Positions 59,497-64,000 of a stretch of 64,000 nucleotides of DNA are shown here, piece after piece (the stretch's first letter is position 1; each line of letters starts with the position of its first letter). The notes under the pieces are model-generated. The model was not told the origin of the DNA. It saw only the letters and a program-made list of their open reading frames with translations, and did not search any database. The stretch comes from Podarcis cretensis (taxonomy: Eukaryota). A program made the position numbers and the translations under genes. The stretch spans positions 56,296,001 to 56,360,000 of the forward strand of contig OX638151.1 of NCBI GenBank assembly GCA_951804945.1, given 5' to 3'.

Positions 59497-59822
59497 AGTT
59501 GGGTTAGGTTTATTTAATTTATGACTCACTTCCCACAGCAAAGAAGCGTGACAATGATTTACAACAAACGCGGTAATCAAAATACGGAAACATATTGAAA
59601 ATGTTGGGTAAACACATCCAATCACTTGTGCTTCCTAAAACGCCCGAGACAACAAAAACGTCTTTGCTTGGCGCTGAACCGTTGGGGAAAAGATAGTGGT
59701 GGCTGCACCTGTCTGGTCTAGCGCTTGTTTTTATAGTGCTGGGACATTACAAAAGCAAGACGTGTTTATTTATTTATTTAAAGAGGAGGCTGGCATCAGG
59801 TGAGGTGGCTCCCCATCCTCTC

Positions 59823-59957
59823 TAGGGTTGCCATATGTCCTCTTTTTCCAGGACACGTCCTTTTTTTCATGCATAGAGTATTCATAGTGATCCATAGTTA
59901 AAAGTAAAAGTTGGCAAATGTGCCCTCTTTTTGGCTCTTCAAAATATGGCAACCCTC
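59823..59957. mobile_element. hAT-like MITE
   Basis: TIRs TAGGGTTGCCATAT / ATATGGCAACCCT. Confidence 0.7.
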
Positions 59958-61346
59958 TGCTCCACCATGCCAGGTGCTGGTGCTGTGCCTTTGCCAAGAT
60001 GCCACAATTATCTGCAGTTCCAGAGAACTTACATACACCATTGATTCCTCACACTCTTCCCCTGCCCCACCAGCTTATATCCTGCTTCCTGGAAGTGCTC
60101 TTGAAATGGCTTCCAAATGTTTAAAAATGCACAAAAATGCTTGCACAGGGAGTAAAGAGATTGCATGCATGGCAATCAAATCAGGCAACCCACAAAGAGG
60201 ACCACATTATACCCTGCAAAAGAGAACCTTCCATGGATCTCACTTCCTCTCAAACTCCCATTCTTAATTATTATTGCGAAATCAATAAAAGAAAAGATTG
60301 TGTCAGCGTTATATAAAAGTTGTGTGTCTCACCTCCTGCACTGCAAATATGGACAAAGATAGCTTTTTATACAAGCATGGATAAAGGGTAGGGATAATTT
60401 GTTAGAGACACTTAAATTGTGCACGACTCTTTGTGTCTGTTGTACATAAATATAGGTCAAACAGATTCCCTGAAATAATTGGTTGTGAATGACCTTACCT
60501 GAATTGCTGTTGCTTATGATTCACGGAGCTCCAGGCTGTTCGATGGTAGAAAGAGCAGAAAACTGGGCAAGGAACATAATCGTCAGATCATGTAGAAGAA
60601 TAGCTGTCCATGGCTAAAGAAACAGATATAATAGGCCTTAAGTTTATTTTAGCTTTAGGATCATTTAAATCACAAGGATGGGAAACATATTGTGTCACCA
60701 TGTAAAAGCCACATGTTAAACAAGGCAAGTTTTAATGTGCCCTGAAAAAACAACAACACCATGCTGAATTTAACACCTTGGGGCAATTTCTGTATTAGCA
60801 ATTATTCAGAAGTAATCTTTCACCTTTGATGTGTCAGGAGAGCAAGTCTACAGCCAGAAACCCTGATGGCTGAGGTGGGCAAAAGGCACACTCCTTCCCC
60901 CAGTGGCTGCTTCAAGCAAAATAAAAATTTGGCAAGAGAGCTAGTCACATGGTTCTACCACATCATGTGAAGTTTGACATTCAGGTAGTTGAACAGAATG
61001 GATAGCCTATATGTTTTTTTTGGGTTTTTTTGTATTGCTATAAGATTAGAGACATGTTGTATTTTTTTTTAAGAAACCGGAGAGTTAGAAAAAGATTGTG
61101 GAATTTCCCAGTCAGCCCCTTCCCCTGGAATTCAGAACTACCAAGAGTTTTGGTTCCCCCTCTACCCCCACATTAAGCCCCAATGAGAGCCTTTTAAATG
61201 TGTCTGTAGGAAGGGGGGGTGTTATTGCTTTGCTGTTTCGTTGTACTTATTTACTTGTTTTTATCCTGTATTTTATTCTGTGAGCTGCCCTGCAATCTAT
61301 AGAAATCTAATAAATGAATGAATAAAACAAGAGGTTTGCTGCTTAC

Positions 61347-61348
<2 letters not shown>

Positions 61349-61389
<41 letters not shown>
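61349..61389. repeat. (TG)20 microsatellite
   Basis: Read directly from the sequence. Confidence 0.95.
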
Positions 61390-61393
<4 letters not shown>

Positions 61394-62376
61394 GAGGACG
61401 TTGAGTGCCTAGGAAATTGTTTGTCCCAGGGCTCTTTGCTGGGTTGCACACAACAGTATGTCAGTGACAAAAACCTCTTGACCATCATCATCATTATGTA
61501 CAACAGCACCAGGGAAAAAATTACATGTTCCAGGGCCTTTGTTGCATAGTGGGCCTGACATATCAACAACCATGGATTCGTGGAAGAATGTAGGCCTCAC
61601 AAAGAGGCCTTCCATTTGCAGCTGCCACAAATGCAGTTTGGATGAGGAAAGAGGCTGAGCTCATGAGTTTTGGGGTACACAGAGGAGTTGGGCCTGGGAG
61701 AGGTGTTTGAGCCTTCCTGGTGATGTCATTAGGAGCGGGACAGGTTTCCAAATACAGGTGGCGGAACAACGTGGCAGCTTGGTGGTTGGGCGGGGGGCTG
61801 CTCTCGTGCATACTTCACCATGCATTAGAAAATCTAGATAATAAGGATAGTTCATCCCACTACCAGCACAAGCCAGGCGATTTCTGATATAATCTTTCAT
61901 TCTATTATTCATCAATTAATATTTTTATATCACTTAATACACATGATCTCTCGTGCATGGTCTCTACACACCTTTACATCTGCTGAATGATTTATAATGA
62001 TTCCTCTGTGGGAAATCCCCACAATATGCCTAAAAATGATCCTGTGAATTGAAATTACTTTGTACTTAAGCAAAATTTTGCCAAAAGGCATCTTTATTGT
62101 TGGCAGGTCTATTATCATCTCATTTCTTCTGAATGTAGGCAGTAGACCATGCCTTTTGGTCTACTGGTAGGATTCACATCATCGTGTATACCAGACCCAA
62201 TTCAGCAAGGGCAAAGCCTCATTGAAAGCAGTCTTCCTTGTATGGATCCTGTTTCTGAATCCCTTACACAAGGATGGCAGCCCTACCAACACACTCCCTT
62301 TAATGGTTTCTATGGATGCTACTTTTCTAGAAAAGGAACCGAGACTCACCATGAATGCCTCCCTTGTTCTATTTTA

Positions 62377-62618
62377 CAGTGGTACCTCGGGTTAAGTACT
62401 TAATTGGTTCCGGAGGTCCGTACTTAACCTGAAACTGTTCTTAACCTGAAGCACCACTTTAGCTCATGGGGCCTCCTCCTGCTGCTGCGCCGCCAGAGCA
62501 CGATTTGTGTTCTCATCCTGAAGCAAAGTTCTTAACCTGAAGCACTATTTCTGGGTTAGCGGAGTCTGTAACCTGAAGTGTATGTAACCTGAAGTGTATG
62601 TTACCCAAGATACCACTG
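62377..62618 (+). mobile_element. Tigger-like MITE
   Basis: TA-CAGTGGTACCTCGGGTTAAG ... ATACCACTG-TA. Confidence 0.9.
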
Positions 62619-62705
62619 TAATGGCAATGGCTCCCACCTGAGAGGTTCCAGAACTGAGTTCCAGCTGAAAAAAGCCCTGGGCACAGTTATCTGTGCTGGA
62701 TTGGG

Positions 62706-64000
62706 TCTGTTACCTCCGAGGATGTGGACAGGCTGCTTGGACGAGTGAAACCGACCACCTGTCTTCTTGATCCTTGCCCATCCTGGCTGATAAAAGCGAG
62801 CCGGGAAGGGCTGGGCGATGGGCTTTGCGGGGTGGTGAATGCTTCCCTCTGTGAGGGAGCCTTCCCAGACCCGCTGAAAGAGGCGGTCATTAAACCGCTT
62901 CTTAAAAAAACATCTTTAGACCCGGCCAATTTGGCCAACTATCGCCCAGTCTCAAATCTTCCATTCTTGGGCAAGGTGATTGAGCGGGTGGTTGCTGAAC
63001 AACTCCAAGCACGCCTGGAGGAAACGGACCATTTGGATCCCTTCCAATCGGGATTCAGGCCTCACCATGGGACTGAAACTGCCTTGGTCGCGCTGGTTGA
63101 TGATCTCCGGCGGGCTAGGGACAAAGGTGAGAGCTGTTTCCTAGTTCTGCTGGATCTCTCAGCGGCCTTTGACACCATCGACCATAACATCCTTCTGGAC
63201 CGTCTAGAGGGGCTGGGAGCTGGGGGCACTGTTATACAGTGGTTCCGCTCCTTCCTCCTGGGCCGTGTTCAGAAAGTGGTGGTGGGGGATGAGTGTTCAG
63301 ACCCTTGGGCCCTCACTTGTGGGGTACCTCAGGGTTCCGTCCTCTCCCCCATGCTTTTTAACATCTATATGAAGCCGCTGGGAGAGATCATCAGGGGGTT
63401 TGGACTGGGTGTTCATCAGTATGCAGATGACACCCAGCTCTACCTCTCCTTTAAATCAGAACCAGTGAAGGCGGTGAAGGTCCTGTGTGAGTGCCTGGAG
63501 GCGGTTGGAGGTTGGATGGCGGCTAACAGATTGAGGTTGAATCCTGACAAGACAGAAGTACTGTTTTTGGGGGACAGGAGGCGGGCAGGTGTGGAGGATT
63601 CCCTGGTCCTGAATGGGGTAACTGTGCCCCTGAAGGACCAGGTGCGCAGCCTGGGAGTCATTTTGGACTCACAGCTGTCCATGGAGGCGCAGGTTAACTC
63701 TGTGTCCAGGGCAGCTGTCTACCAGCTCCACCTGGTACGCAGGCTAAGACCCTACCTTCCCGCGGACTGTCTCGCCAGAGTGGTGCATGCTCTGGTTATC
63801 TCACGCTTGGACTACTGCAACGCGCTCTACGTGGGGCTACCTTTGAAGGTGACCCGGAAACTGCAATTAATCCAGAATGCGGCAGCTAGACTGGTGACTG
63901 GGAGTGGCCGCCGGGACCACATAACACCGGTTCTGAGAGATCTGCACTGGCTCCCAGTACGTTTCCGAGCACGATTCAAAGTGTTGGTGCTGACCTTTAA
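62706..64000 (+). mobile_element. Young 5'-truncated L2 LINE with an uninterrupted reverse transcriptase frame running off the window
   Basis: Manual translation gives about 431 codons with no stop: NYRPVSNLPFLGKVIERVV, FQSGFRPHHGTETAL, LLDLSAAFDTIDH, GVPQGSVLSPMLFNIYM, YADD (63420-63431), SRLDYCN, HITPVLRDLHWLP. Confidence 0.95.

Noticed and set aside
30000-62300. Numerous 60-143 aa ORFs in the upstream region
   Set aside because: Chance or TE-derived ORFs with no recognisable domain or exon structure; no second host gene can be supported.

Overview
Vertebrate genomic DNA, almost certainly from a squamate and probably a lacertid lizard, judging by the Sauria SINE, BovB and squamate-type CR1, L2 and MITE families. 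The only host gene I can support is ARID1B on the minus strand: its large GC-rich first coding exon lies at 27547-29307/29313 with a phase-0 GTAACA donor. Positions 1-27546 are therefore the following intron, and 29.4-64 kb is leader, promoter and upstream DNA. The rest is a mosaic of transposons: CR1, L2, BovB, Penelope, tRNA-SINEs, Tigger-, hAT- and Harbinger-type MITEs, and a solo LTR. The most notable observation is a pair of diverged, full-length, RT-less, poly(A)-tailed retroposons with 17-19 bp TSDs (2965-4629 and 8680-10854), both sense-oriented inside the ARID1B intron. They share an L1-type GGACTTCCGG 5' end, a leader whose hairpins are conserved in position but not sequence, a splice-donor motif about 327 nt in, about 600 nt without an AUG, and a homologous small ORF (intact at 240 aa in one copy, frameshifted in the other). 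They look like a HAL1 (half-L1)-like family with an unusual, possibly truncated or remodelled ORF1-like protein. All family names come from recall and manual alignment; no database was searched, and boundaries of old repeats are approximate.
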